Part shown: positions 1 to 12,029 of the stretch, piece by piece
Layout: each line of letters starts with the position of its first letter
How positions within the stretch are numbered: the stretch's first letter is position 1
NCBI GenBank assembly: GCA_002269645.1
Contig: NIVC01000709.1
Coordinates: forward strand, 124,001-188,000
DNA length: 64,000 nucleotides
From: Macrostomum lignano
Lineage: Eukaryota
Direction of reading: 5' to 3'
Program-made: the position numbers and the translations under genes
Notes under the pieces: generated by a model
The model's database searches: none
Told to the model about the DNA's origin: nothing
What the model saw: the letters and a program-made list of their open reading frames with translations, nothing else

Positions 1-780
1 ATTTAACACAAACTTACTCAATTTTTCAAACGTCTATCCTAACTATTCACAAGTTTTTGTTTGAGATTACTTCAAATATAAGGATGCTTGCAAAAATAGT
101 TAACCGGGTATTGGAATTCAGCGGGTTCAAAATCCGCGCGGGCATTGACAGCTTGTATAACAAAAGTCTGTTTGTTCTTTATAGCTTTTTCTGTAAAATT
201 TATACAAAACTTTATTTGAAAGGACTACGTAGATTTACTGATTCTGCCTTACATCTGAATTATTATGCTACATTTTTGACATTAATTTAAAAAGTATTGC
301 ATGCTTATTAGCTAAATACTTCGTGTATTGATCTAGTTACAACTGACAAAAAATTATTGCATAGAGTTCAGCCCTACACTGTATAGATTGAGTAGTTTTT
401 GTTTTAGTCTGTATTTTACCACTAGATTGCAACACACAACCAATTGTTTTTAGCATGTATTATTAGTACATGTACTAGTGCGCAATCGGAATGAAAGTCC
501 TCTAAATACAATTTAAGTCATTCTATCAATCTAAAGCGCACCCAAAAACTGTTTCTAATTTTGTGTTTGGGAATTTTCCCAGCTGAGCCAGCTCAGCAAT
601 ATGCAGCCAGAATTTTTCCGTTGGTATGACAACGGGGGTAGCGCTTCCTGCCTCTTTGGAGGTGACGCATAAAAATTGTAAGGAGCCCATACCCATGTTG
701 CAATTATATGTTGCTTGACAAGAATTTTTCTGGTATAGTAAACCAACTGCATGCAGATATGTATTTTCTGCATGTAATTT

Positions 781-3058
781 CTAGTCGCTACACACAATGA
801 AGGTCACTACAGCGAGAAGTTCCACTCGTGTAGTGCAGTAATTCCGCTCAGCCGTTGACAACGTACGAGACCCGTAGGCGATGACCTTCTCTGATCCGTC
901 TAGCTGCAGTTGAGAGAGGACGCCTCCAATTCCCACTGACGAACTGCCATCCGTATCTAGTACGAACGACGGAGCATCTGGAGCAAAGTTTGGATATGCC
1001 ATAACTTGGTCGCTTGTCAACGCTTCCTTCATCTGCCGAAACGCCTTGTCTTGAGCAGGGCCCCACTGAAAGCGCGACACAGACCTTGTCAGCTCCGATA
1101 ACTGCTCTGATTTGCGCGAAAAATCCGAAATGAATCGTCGGCAATAACCAACAGTTCCGAGAAACGCTTGAACATCCTTAACGGTACTTGGTGTCTGCCA
1201 CTCATGAATCGCTCGGATTTTACTAGGATCGGTTGCCACGCCGGCCGCCGATACTACATGTATATGGCCCAAAAAACTCAATTCCGCACTGAGCAGCTCA
1301 CATTTTTGGGTTCGGCTTCAACTTAGCCTCCAGCTAAGCCGTCGAAATATCTCGTCAACCTTTCAATGTGCTCTTCCACGGTTTTCTAATATACTAGGAA
1401 ATCATCTAAATACACTAGACAAGTCTTCCACGATAGCGGATGCAGTACCGTCTGCATAATGCGGCTGAACGTAGCAGGCCCATTAGTCACCCGAACGGCA
1501 TCACCAACCATCGGAACTAGCCACTACAAAGGGAACTACGCTCGTACAAAGGCTGTCTTGTCGCGGTCCTCCAGCGCCACTGGCACCTGATGGTAACCTG
1601 ACCGCAAATCTCGGCAACGAAAGAGCATCTTTAACAGTCACTTTGTTGAATCGGCGATAATTCATGCACAACCGTAACGAATTGTCCTTCTTTCTGACGC
1701 ACACAATCGGCGAGCTCCATGGAGACATAGCTTCCTCGATCTTCCCTTGCGTTGGTAGCTAATCCAATTGTTCGTCGACTTCGGCTCGGAGGTGCGGTGG
1801 CACCTTGGTGCATGATTGATCTTGTAGTCCATGTTTCTTTCCATTGTTCACTCATTCGTCACCGTGGTTACTGCCAGATCCGTCGCGAAAACATCGCAGT
1901 TCCGCTGCATCAGCTCTTTGAACTGAGTCACCTGTTCGGTCGACAATCCGCAGTTTCTCCAACTTCTCAGGCTCTTCAGTAGATCGTCTGAGAGCTCACT
2001 CTCGTCCTTTGGCTTCTCCTCCATCATTGCAAGCGTCACTGGCTGCAGTGGATCTAAGGGGTGGTACCACCCTACAGTATCACCTTGGTTGCTGGTGACT
2101 GGCTAGTCTGAGAAGTTTGCCAACCGAATCAGAACTCTGACGCTTTCCGACGGCATCACCAGTGACCCAGCTAGCACCACCGTACCGCTCGCTTCTCCTT
2201 CGGACTTTCCTCGAGCACTCCTGGACTTCTTATTAGCTGACCTCTTCCGCCCTTTACCCGGAAACGCCCTGCTGCCAGCTTCTCGAACCCCGGCGGAACA
2301 ACGATTCGCTCCGATGCCAGGACCCTACGCACTGTAGCTGACCGCCGATGAAAACGCAGAAGGACTGACACCCAGGATATGCAGAACATTTTCTTGAAAA
2401 TCTACTTGACACCCCTGCTGCAGGAGAAAATCGGCTCCCATAAGTAACTCGTAGGAGACGAGGGGGCCGTAGCCCAGCTGCTATGGTGTGCCAGCGACCG
2501 AGGCTCGATTCCAAGTGCAGTCACATTAATTTGGGGCTGAATTGGAATCTCGGCTTGGCTCTGCTCGTGCAATTAACGGCCTTGAGAGCCAACCCCCCAA
2601 GGCGCAGTGAAGTGTACATGCCTAACGATAATATAAAGTTAGGGCCGCTCGCTGTACACTCCTGTGTGAGTGTGTGCCTGCGTACGCATCCGCGCGCTTG
2701 TGTGCCTGCTCAGGGGAGTCGGCGGAATGGGCAGTAATGCCTCTCGCCGGTGTGTGCCTATGTCGCTTAAAGTGCGCCAGGGTGCACACAACCCCCCTGC
2801 CTCTAATAAAAAAACTCGTAGGAGACTTACGGCGACACTAGGGGATACTTGCTTCAATTTTACTAAGGATGCTGGGGAGCTTGCAGATTGCGGTGATCAA
2901 TTTATTGGGCTACCGTTGGCGGCGTTGATGGTTGATTCGTGGTGTTTCGATATGGCTGTAGAGTCAGACATACTACTGGTCACTTGATGGAGCAATGCTT
3001 CACTAATTACTGTCACAGCTGCACCCGAATCTACACACGCAGAAACTATACTCGTCCT
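781..3058 (-). mobile_element. Decayed Gypsy/Ty3 pol fragment (protease-RT-RNase H), copy 1
   Basis: Minus-strand protease ACVDSGAAVTVIS and LLMGADFL; RT SPWSSPIVCVRKKD, DLRSGYHQV, CLVYLDD; RNase H FVLDTDGS..GIGGVLSQ..AERNYCTT. Many stops and frameshifts, no integrase. Identity to copy 2 ends at 3058. Confidence 0.93.
2460..2812 (+). mobile_element. tRNA-derived SINE inserted in the Gypsy protease (copy 1)
   Basis: A-box-like TAGCCCAGCTG, B-box-like GGCTCGATTCC, tail TAATAAAAAAA; 14-bp TSD AACTCGTAGGAGAC at 2446-2459 and 2813-2826. Confidence 0.85.
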
Positions 3059-3062
3059 TGTC

Positions 3063-3717
3063 GAGACTATACTTGTCCTTGTGGAGCTTGTCGAGACAGA
3101 TCTCGAACGGACGACAATGCGTAACAGAAGCCTGACTCCCATGCTACAGCTGTGCCTGACACTCTTATCTCGGCACTGGAGGCTTTCAGCAGAACCTGTC
3201 TGCTCTTGGAGGTATCGACCAAAGCACCATGTCCCGCTGCTACTGGGGAGTGGTCAGGATACTGAATCTCTGCTTGAATAACATCCGCTATCCAGAGCCA
3301 GGTGTTGAGCGGACGCGAGTGTCAACGGGGTTTAATCAAATTGGTCAACTGGCAGATGTATCGGTGCTATCGACTGTACGCATGTAAGAATTCAAAGGCC
3401 ATTTAGTGAGAACTTTCCAGATGAATTCATTAATCGTAAAAACTACCACTCTATTAACGTCCAAGCAGTCTGCGATGCGAGATACTTCTTTCTCGAAATA
3501 ACTGCTCAATGGCCTGGTTCAGTCCATGACTCGAGAATATTTCGCAACAGTTTTCTTTTCAGATCGCTTCTAGACGCCCAATGGGAGGGCTATCTTGTCG
3601 GAGATTCTGGATACCGACTGCGATTTTCTACTCACTCCATATCAAAACTCAGATGGCCGGCAGAGAATATTCAATCGCGAACTCAGCCGAGCGAGAGTTC
3701 GAATCGAGCAGACATTC
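3063..3717 (+). pseudogene. PIF/Harbinger (HARBI1-like) DDE transposase, frameshifted and truncated
   Basis: Manual translation across three frameshifts: ETILVLVELVETDLERTTMRNRSLTPMLQLCLTL / YLGTGGFQQ..GIDQSTMSR / CIGAIDCTHVRI..FINRKNYHSINVQAVCDA..WPGSVHDSRIF..GYLVGDSGY / FLLTPY..FNRELSRARVRIEQTF. Confidence 0.92.
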
Positions 3718-4594
3718 GCAGACACTCCTAATAACACGCTGCACTCCTAAAAATCACTCTTAAACGGCAACTCCCTAGCTCCTACTCCTATTCCCGCTCC
3801 TTATTCTATAGCATGCGACAAACCTTAATGAGATCTCCTAAATTCACCAAGGAGTTTCCTACGTCCTTAGGAGCCTAGGAGCCTCTTAAAATTTACTTTT
3901 GATTCTACGAGTATAGCACAGAAAAGCCATCTAGGAGCTCGGATTTAAGATTTAGGACACTCTATCTAAAGGATTTAATGAGGACGCACTTTTTTCCAAA
4001 TCCCGCGCTAGCACATGGGCTCTAAACTTTTACTTGCCTACTAACAGTGGGCAATGGGCATTCTTATCCCTTTTCTGCGAATTGTCATAGAATCTATACT
4101 AGATATAATGTTTGGTCATACTAGTAGTCATAATAACATAGGCGCAGCTTTTTGGGCATAAATCATCGCTTTCGAAGCTGGTCTTACAGCCACCTGCGCC
4201 TCACTCAGTGTTGAGGCGGGCGCCAGATGGTCTGAGGGGATGCGAATGATAGCTTTTTTCTCATCATTTTTGACAGGCCATCAGATTTATGAGGTCAGAG
4301 CCTATTGTTCGTGTTCACTCAAGCGTGTGACAGCTTTGACAGCTATGCGTTTTACCCCTAAAAGTACTTTGGGATTAGCGATTAGCGATTTCTCTTCATT
4401 ATCTTCACCTTCTACTTGATAAGAGCTTTCTAATGTATATTTTTTCATTAATTTTTGTCATTCCTACGCGGAAAGTCATAAATCATTTTGTAGCGATTTT
4501 GATTGATTTATGGCCGCACCTGTCATGTTTTTACGACCCCGAGGGAGCTGATATGATCTCCCGCTCACGTGATTCTGGGTAGCAACAAGCTTAG

Positions 4595-4696
4595 CCAATC
4601 AGAAAATTCGGCGCTCATTTTAACAAATCGGCTCAGCCAATCAGAATCGACGTGTTCCATTATAACAAACTGCGGTCCAGTTGGCGGCTATTTAAA
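4595..4696 (+). promoter_or_regulatory. Pol II promoter-like module (two CCAAT boxes and TATTTAAA)
   Basis: AGCCAATCAG twice (CCAAT at 4595 and 4637), then TATTTAAA at 4689-4696. No downstream ORF recognised; possibly part of a TE terminal repeat. Confidence 0.35.
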
Positions 4697-6569
4697 CCGG
4701 TGTTTTTGGCCCGCTCGGACTGCAACTTTTCTAGCGTCGGGCTGACACGGCTGCACCGGCCAGGAATTGACCGTCGTTTCTTGATCCCCGGATTGCGACT
4801 TCCCCCTATCATCATCAAGGACGAATCCCACCGGTCATCAGCAGTGAACATCAAAGTGAAGAGCATCACCTGCTAGCTATCAGCGAAGATTGTGACATCA
4901 GCATCATCCCGGGCCTTCAGCTGCGAAGCACTAAGCCGATTCGGTCGCTGTGGATTACCTGGTCTCCGGCTGTTGAGTTTCTGATTGGTTGGGTGAGAGG
5001 CTACCTAGACTTGCTTGATTGGGTGATTCCCTGTCTGTCCCCTGTTTCAGTAGCTGGAACTTCAGTAGCTAGTGAGAATCACTAGATGGCACACTTTTGC
5101 TCATTTTGTTCAGTAGTGTTGTTGCTGAGGCAGAAATCACTTAATAATACTGCTAGTAGTCTAAAACTCCAATTCAATCTGAAGTGTGAAGTGATCTAAG
5201 GAGAAGGTTAAATCTAACAGTTATTTTTGTCGGTTTTATTTCTTTGTTCGCCGATGGCTCAGATGAGTAGCTAAGCTAGTAGGCGCCGGTCACAGTGGAC
5301 CAATGGCAAGGCAGTTCTCAGTCGACCAATCTATCAAATCAGTGAGCAAAACTGCCAGAAGTGCAGAATCGGCGCCAGAGATGTACTTTGTGCACTCTAG
5401 GGTGGCCAAGCGGCTCGGGTAAATGAATCATGCGGTCTCTGAAGTTCGAGTTAGTCTATCATCAGCGCTATGAGAGGCTAGTTGGCGCGTTGAAGGCCAA
5501 AAGTACATATCTTCGTATTTAGCAATGTAATAGTACATGTAGCTACCCCATGGACTCGCCACCGCAAGAATCCCCTGCACAAGTCCCCTCTGTACCTGCA
5601 TGGCCAATGCGATCTAGTCCCAGCAGTGTCCCTTATCATCGGCTATGACTTCAAGATTGACAGCAAAAAGACACTAGTTGGCAGGTAAGTGCAAAGCCCC
5701 TTCTAGTCGGAAGCCCGATTTCGAGGGTCCCGGTGTGGTGAGCCAGGACGTACGGGCTGGTGGCAGCGAGTTAGCTAACCTGCTGGTTAACTAATTTCTA
5801 CCTTAAAAATTCTCCCTGCTTGTCTCTCGCTGTCCCTCTCTTAGCTATAGGACCTAGACTGCTCGCCACACGATCAAGCTACCATGGGGCTGACCATCTG
5901 ACAGGAGTGGGGGGCCAGGACTCTAATTGATTTATTTCTGAGACCTGAGGCCCGAAGGCTTCCCCACAAGGGGGCCGGAAGGTCGAAACCCATCAGATTT
6001 AGGAGTTAAGAGTATTTTATAGCACAGGCCCCTGCACCCCCGTGGAGAGGCTACGTTTAGCCATGACAGTTTCGTGAGAAATTCCAACCCCTGTCCTCTG
6101 TATAGGCAACGCTGTGGCAGTTTAACAGTGAATGGCAAATCAAGGCAATGCAGCATGGTTAATAAAACTAAAAGTGAAGTTTATGAAAAAGCGATCATTA
6201 CAATACAATCCAACTAAATTAGTTACACCATGGAAATTTCAACACTAAGTTTCACTTATAAAGGTACTTCCTCCAAAGAAATGCGTGTTTCCTTGGTTGG
6301 TAGACTGCTGCAGACTGCAGTGGATCTGGAGATACACAAATTCCTCCCAGGGAATTTCCTCCCAGACAATTAGGAAAGTGTTGGGTGTGGCCATAGACGA
6401 CTCAGTCGCACACACACCCAGCCATAAGCTAAAGAAGCAATGCTTCAAGCTTGGAACTAATAAAAGAAAAGTTTAGATAACATGAAATAAGACGCTATGC
6501 TGAGAGTGCAACTTTTAAGTTGACCTTGTTGATCTTGACTCACTGTCTTCCGCTAGAGAAGAAGTCATA

Positions 6570-7169
6570 ACAGAAAGAAAGGAGAGGCGAGAGGGGGATA
6601 AGAGAAAAGATAGAAGATAAGAAAGAGGAGAGACGAGGGGGTGAGGAGAGAGAAGGCGGAGAAAAGGGGAGGGAGAAGTGAGAGGAGAAGGGAGAGAAGT
6701 GGAGAGAGGAGGGAGAGAGAGTAAAGAGGAGAGAAGAGGGGGTAAAATGGGATAGAAAAGGGGAGAGATAAGAGATAGAAAGAAGAGAGAAGAGAGAAAA
6801 GATGAAAGAGCAGAGAGGGAAGAGGAGAGAGTAATAGTGATAAGAGAGTGGCGATGAGCGAGCAGAGGAGAGAGAGGAGAGATGATGAGACAGGGGGGAA
6901 GAGAGAGGAGAGAGGAGAGGAGTCAGAAGAGGGGAAAGAGAAGAGTACAGAGGAGAGAGGTGAGAGAAAAGATGAGAGAGTAAAGATGACAGAGAGAGAA
7001 CAGAGGGGAGAGAGAAGAGATTACAGAGACAAGAGGAGAGAGGAGAGAGAAAAGAGAGGGGAGAAGAGAGAAGAGAGAAGAGAAGAGAGAGAAGACGAGA
7101 TGATAGATGAGATTAAAAAGAAAGGAAAGAGGAAAGAGAAGAGAGGAGTGAAGTTTCAAAGAATCCGAG

Positions 7170-7256
<87 letters not shown>

Positions 7257-7260
7257 GAGA
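6570..7260. repeat. AG-rich low-complexity tract ending in pure (GA)n
   Basis: Degenerate purine tract about 6570-7149; pure (GA)n about 7172-7252. Confidence 0.95.
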
Positions 7261-7321
7261 GAGAGAGAAGAGAGGTCACGGCGTGTTTAAAAAAATCAAA
7301 AGACTTAATTAATTTAATATG

Positions 7322-7359
7322 GGCTACCGGTTTCGAGCCTCTGGGCTCTTCGTCAGGCC
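7322..7359 (-). ncRNA. Minimal type I hammerhead ribozyme
   Basis: Minus strand reads GGC CUGACGA A GAGCC-CAGA-GGCUC GAAA C CG GUA GCC. Stem I GGC/GCC, core CUGANGA and GAAA, perfect 5-bp stem II with tetraloop, palindromic stem III ACCGGU, GUA cleavage triplet. Confidence 0.88.
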
Positions 7360-10300
7360 AAAAAATCTGTGTCATGCAGTTCAAGTTGGTCTTTTAAGTT
7401 TTATTTTTCTTAGTCTGATAGAATTGATGAGTAGTTGTACATACCGTATGAGGGATGTACATTTAAAACCCTGTTTTGCCTAGCTCTAACTTGTCCCAGG
7501 GGCAAAGTCAAAACGAGGGCATCGCGAGTTTACACCATTCAAACTTTGTAATACCAAATTGTATCTGTTTTCTAATGAGTATGGCCGGTTAAATCTTGCA
7601 TTAAACTGTGAATTATAAATAATTTTACTATAATCTAAGTAAAATTAGTCTTTTTCGCTCCTCTAAAAGACAAAATATGTCCTTTTCAGCGATAATTTTT
7701 TTGGCGGAAATTCAACCACGTTGAACACGTGTGAAAAAAATTCTATATAATTTACAAATAAGGGCTAAAAATGTATGAATTAATGTAGTTGGTGAAAGTT
7801 TTAAGTTAATTTGCATTAAATGCATGCATGAGTAATGCTTTATTTGTATAAACCTTACTGTAGTTCGAATATTCTTCGTTTTGGTAGTAAACATTGATTA
7901 TGACATCCCACCTATATGCTCATATGAGAATATGTTAAAAACTAATCTAAATTGATGTATCCAATTGGATTATTCACTTTTACATTTTAGAAAATAATTT
8001 AGCATAAAATCGATGCTTTTTATTGAAAAAGCCTAATATATTACTTATTGTATAACCATTCTATAACAATATAAAAATACTTTTTAATAGTTAGAGAGCA
8101 CAAAGTGATTTTCTCCAGTAGTCTGTTGCATCAAAATGAATAATTGCCAGCTTTTAGAATTGAAATATGTTATTACACACCTATCAAGCTTGAAGCATTT
8201 TTTTTCTTTACTAAATGGTACTCTTTGTTGGCTCTTAAATGCCATAAATGTTAGTTTTTGTCATGATTTTTTTCTCCGGAAGCCCACTGTGTGGAGCATG
8301 TACAATGAAAAGCTTAGATATTTCCTCAAGGCACTGCAAAGAACCCTATAAAGAAGCATTTTTTTGGCTTTGCAGCAGGGACAACCTAATATAATTTTAT
8401 TGCCATTTAATGTATATTTTGTAATGAATTAGGCTTTATTTATTTTTAATGATAGTTATTCTGCTTATTTCATACTGAATAATTTGAGGTAAATTTTGTA
8501 AAAATTACTTTAAACATCTTTTTATTGACCATCACTTAAAATTTTTTATGACTAGCAATTCTAGTCTAAGATCACCAGATTAATCAGATTTCACTTACTA
8601 ACACCAAATAATCAGGTCTGATTGACTTTAAATTTACTTTAAATTCATTGGTCTGCTTAACTGACATCAGATTTACCTAGGATCAATAATTTTGGGGCAT
8701 CATGAAGGTTATAGCATTGTAACAGACTATGTAATCATGCTTAAATAACTTGGAACTCATAATTTAATATCTTGAAATCTGCATGGTGCTAGAATCCTAT
8801 TGGAATAGAAAGAAGACAGCAAAAAATACAGACAAAGTGTTCACTCATTATCTCTCTAATAATAAAATGTTCATCTCCACAGATGTACCTTTCAGCTGTT
8901 TGGAAACGGAATGAAAATAAAAATCGCTACAAATCGCTACACGCAGCAACAACTTGTGTCAACATAATTGACAACCATTGTAGAGAACCCCACCTCTTAT
9001 GTTCGGCGGGTAGTCGATCAGAATCCAGTCTGGCGCATCGCTGCAAGTTGGACTCTGTCACTCAGCTTTGTTCGACACAAGCAGATTTTGAGCACAGTCT
9101 GGCAGTATGCTGCACTTCAGTTTCAGCAGGGCCAATCTGAGCTGCTCGAGCAGAGTTTGAGAACACGCGCAGTATGTGCTTCCTTATTTTCACTTTTACG
9201 TTGCAATTTGGCCTCTTTTGTATCGACTTTTCTGCGTTCGCTCTGGCATGAGAGTACGAGCCCTCTTCAGCGTGGTAGCGTTGTAATGTTCTAGCTTTGA
9301 AAGCTAGGATGCTTTTATTTTTACTATAGCATACTCCTTATATAACTAATAAGTGCTTTTTAAGCTCAACCAGCTATGTACCTGTGATGTGTGGCTGCCA
9401 GCAGCCACGTATTAGTTTATGGGTATATGCTTGGCTTACAGACCCACAATTGATAGACTGCAGGAACAAGCGCGAAACGATTGACGAGCTCTTGCTTAAT
9501 TTCAACAAATATACGAGTAAACGAGCCTACGATTTAAAACACGACTTCCCAAACACATTGATCGGATAATAAAAAGTTTTATTAATAAAGCAGCATCAGC
9601 TCAAATATTTTAATCTATGGCCATGGACGTATAGAGCAGTCTGCACAGACCAGAACAGAAAATCAATATGGCTACCTCAAGAAGGGTAAAAAAGATATCT
9701 GGGTGGGGGCATGGTTATGATCCTATCCAAACAGTTTCAATACAAATGTGAATCTCACAGAGCTCTAAATGAAGCTCTTAATGCCTCTTGATTTAGTGAA
9801 AAAGATGAACAGGCAACAGAAATAGGTTTTAGAATTTTTAGGCACAAGTAATAAATTCCTGAAGCAGAAGTTTTATTAACTTAAATGCAAAACAAGATTT
9901 TTGGTATAGCCACTAGGCCCATACAATAAAACACACTATAAAACATAAGGTTCTAAAAAGGTGTGTCTTGTGGTCTGAGAGAAAATGTAGGCCACATAGC
10001 CACCAGAATCTTGGGTGCCAGAATCCAAAAGTAGCAGCGCAGCACCTGAACCAGTTGTGGGCAGAAGTGGCCTGCTAGGTGCAGGAGTCGCCAACATTGC
10101 AACAGGTTGCTCAGACAGATCAGGTTGGTTCATGGAGAAAGCACTAGACTCACTCAACCAAATGTAAAGGTAACATATAGCAAGTCCACCAGTTTCATTG
10201 TTTAAGTAAGGCCTCAGGTTTAGAGCTCAGAATGAAAGGCATATCATAAAATGCAGCTGAGAAGATCTCCCAAAGAAGTCCTGGCATGGCATGAATTAAA

Positions 10301-12029
10301 GTGAAAAACATTTAACATATTTTACTTACATTTAAGTCTAAAAAACTTCTACTAAAGCAAGTTAAGAATTTATTGGTATATTAAATATACAATAGTATAA
10401 AAGGAAACACTCCTGCTAGGCATTTAAAGCCAGTTTGTAAACAATAAAATATATAATAAAATATTGCTATTTTCTAATTTTTTAAAAAGCAAATATATCA
10501 GGTTTTGCATTTTTAACTTTTAACATGTTCTAAGTTCTTAAAGCTCATAATGTGAGTTTTAAATGAAATAAATGTAACAAATAATGCAAATGAAAACATA
10601 TTGCAATTATACATTTTAAAGAATAGTGCAAGTCACATTTTATATAGCTTTTTACATTGCAAATTATATGAAACTATAAAGTTAAAGTTTAAAAAAAGTT
10701 ATTACCTGTTTTACTTGCTACTTGTTAATTATTTAGCAATTTAAATTATATATATACTTAAAAGTGCATAGTGATGGCTATAATAAACAGTATCATTATC
10801 AGTAATCATAAGGTAGATTATCACTTAGCTAAGGCCTAATGGCTTTTGTAAAAAAGCATATATCAGTTTCGAAGTAATTCTAAGCTGTAAAGCTGTACAA
10901 AAATTTATATTTACATTATATTTTTTATTACTACGTCATTAGCAAAAAATAAAATAGGCCTAAGACACGGACAGTTAAATATAAATAGCAATCTGAACTA
11001 GACTACAAATTATGCCTCAGAACAAAAATATAGTTAAACAAGAGCGTGGGTGGATAAAGCTAGTTTATAAAAAAACTTGATAGACACCTTTATTTGTCAT
11101 TCTATTCAGTAAAATTATTTAAACCTCAGTCTCATGAGTCATTTGCCTATTCATAAGCCGTGGCTTATAAAATAAAGCATATATCTAGAATCCTCGATCG
11201 ATTATTGTTCATGAATTAGATAGATAAGCAGAAAATTGATGCTAGACGTTTGCAATGCTTGAAATACAGAAGTCAGTAATCAATATCTAAATCTCATATT
11301 TAATTCAATCCAAAAAAGTTTGCTGATATTTCACATCCGTAAAAAGAACCAGGCCAAACATCAATAATAAATAAAGTACTTATTAACATGAAACTGATAA
11401 CTAAATTAACGAGAGTATTTCAGAACACAAACAGGCGCGACGTAAACAAAGTAAGCAGTTTAACAAAATCCAGCCTAATATTTATTTAAAAAATATCTAT
11501 TGCAATATTTACCTAATTTTTTTCAGATAAAAACTACTTTTACGGGTTTGTATAAAACATTTATTTTTATAATACTTTATTTAGTTTCTGATTCTGCGTC
11601 CGTACAGTTCCGTAAAAGTAAAGATTAACAAATGGGTAGGAAATTTATTAAGAGGTGTATTTTGTGCTTTAAAAATGTTTTTTTGAGACCACTTAACGGA
11701 AATATAAAAAATTGTATAAAAAATTACCAATTGAAACAACAATTTTTTTTCTACATTTTCTGACTCCCCAGTTTTGACTTTAACCGCCCAGAGGCCTTCC
11801 ACCATTAATTTTAAACGACAGTATATTTGTTATAAAAAAATTGTTATTTCGAAGTACTATACGATATGCGATACTATACGATTAGATGAAATGCCGGTAT
11901 TGGGGGTAGGAGCATAAAAATCAATATTGAGCGTACAATTAAGCAGTTTGAATAAAATAAAATAAAATAAATGACACGTGAATAAATATTGTACTTCAAT
12001 AGGGTAAAATAGCGCATTGGTTAAAATGA

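Noticed and set aside
4521-6068. Possible 1.5-kb solo LTR (TGTCATG...CATGACA) with an internal promoter and a tRNA-Leu-like TGGTGGCAGCG near 5758
   Set aside because: Flanks GCACC and GTTTC give no TSD. The PBS-like motif is internal. The left TG may instead be the end of a hAT-like terminus (TGGCCGCACCTG).
9225-9275. Second hammerhead-like motif on the minus strand (CUGAAGA..GCUC/GAGC..GAAC)
   Set aside because: GAAC instead of GAAA, extra bases before stem II, and no stem I or III closure.
9936-10157. 73-aa minus-strand ORF of moderate GC content
   Set aside because: No recognisable domain or convincing splice sites; could be an orphan exon but unsupported.
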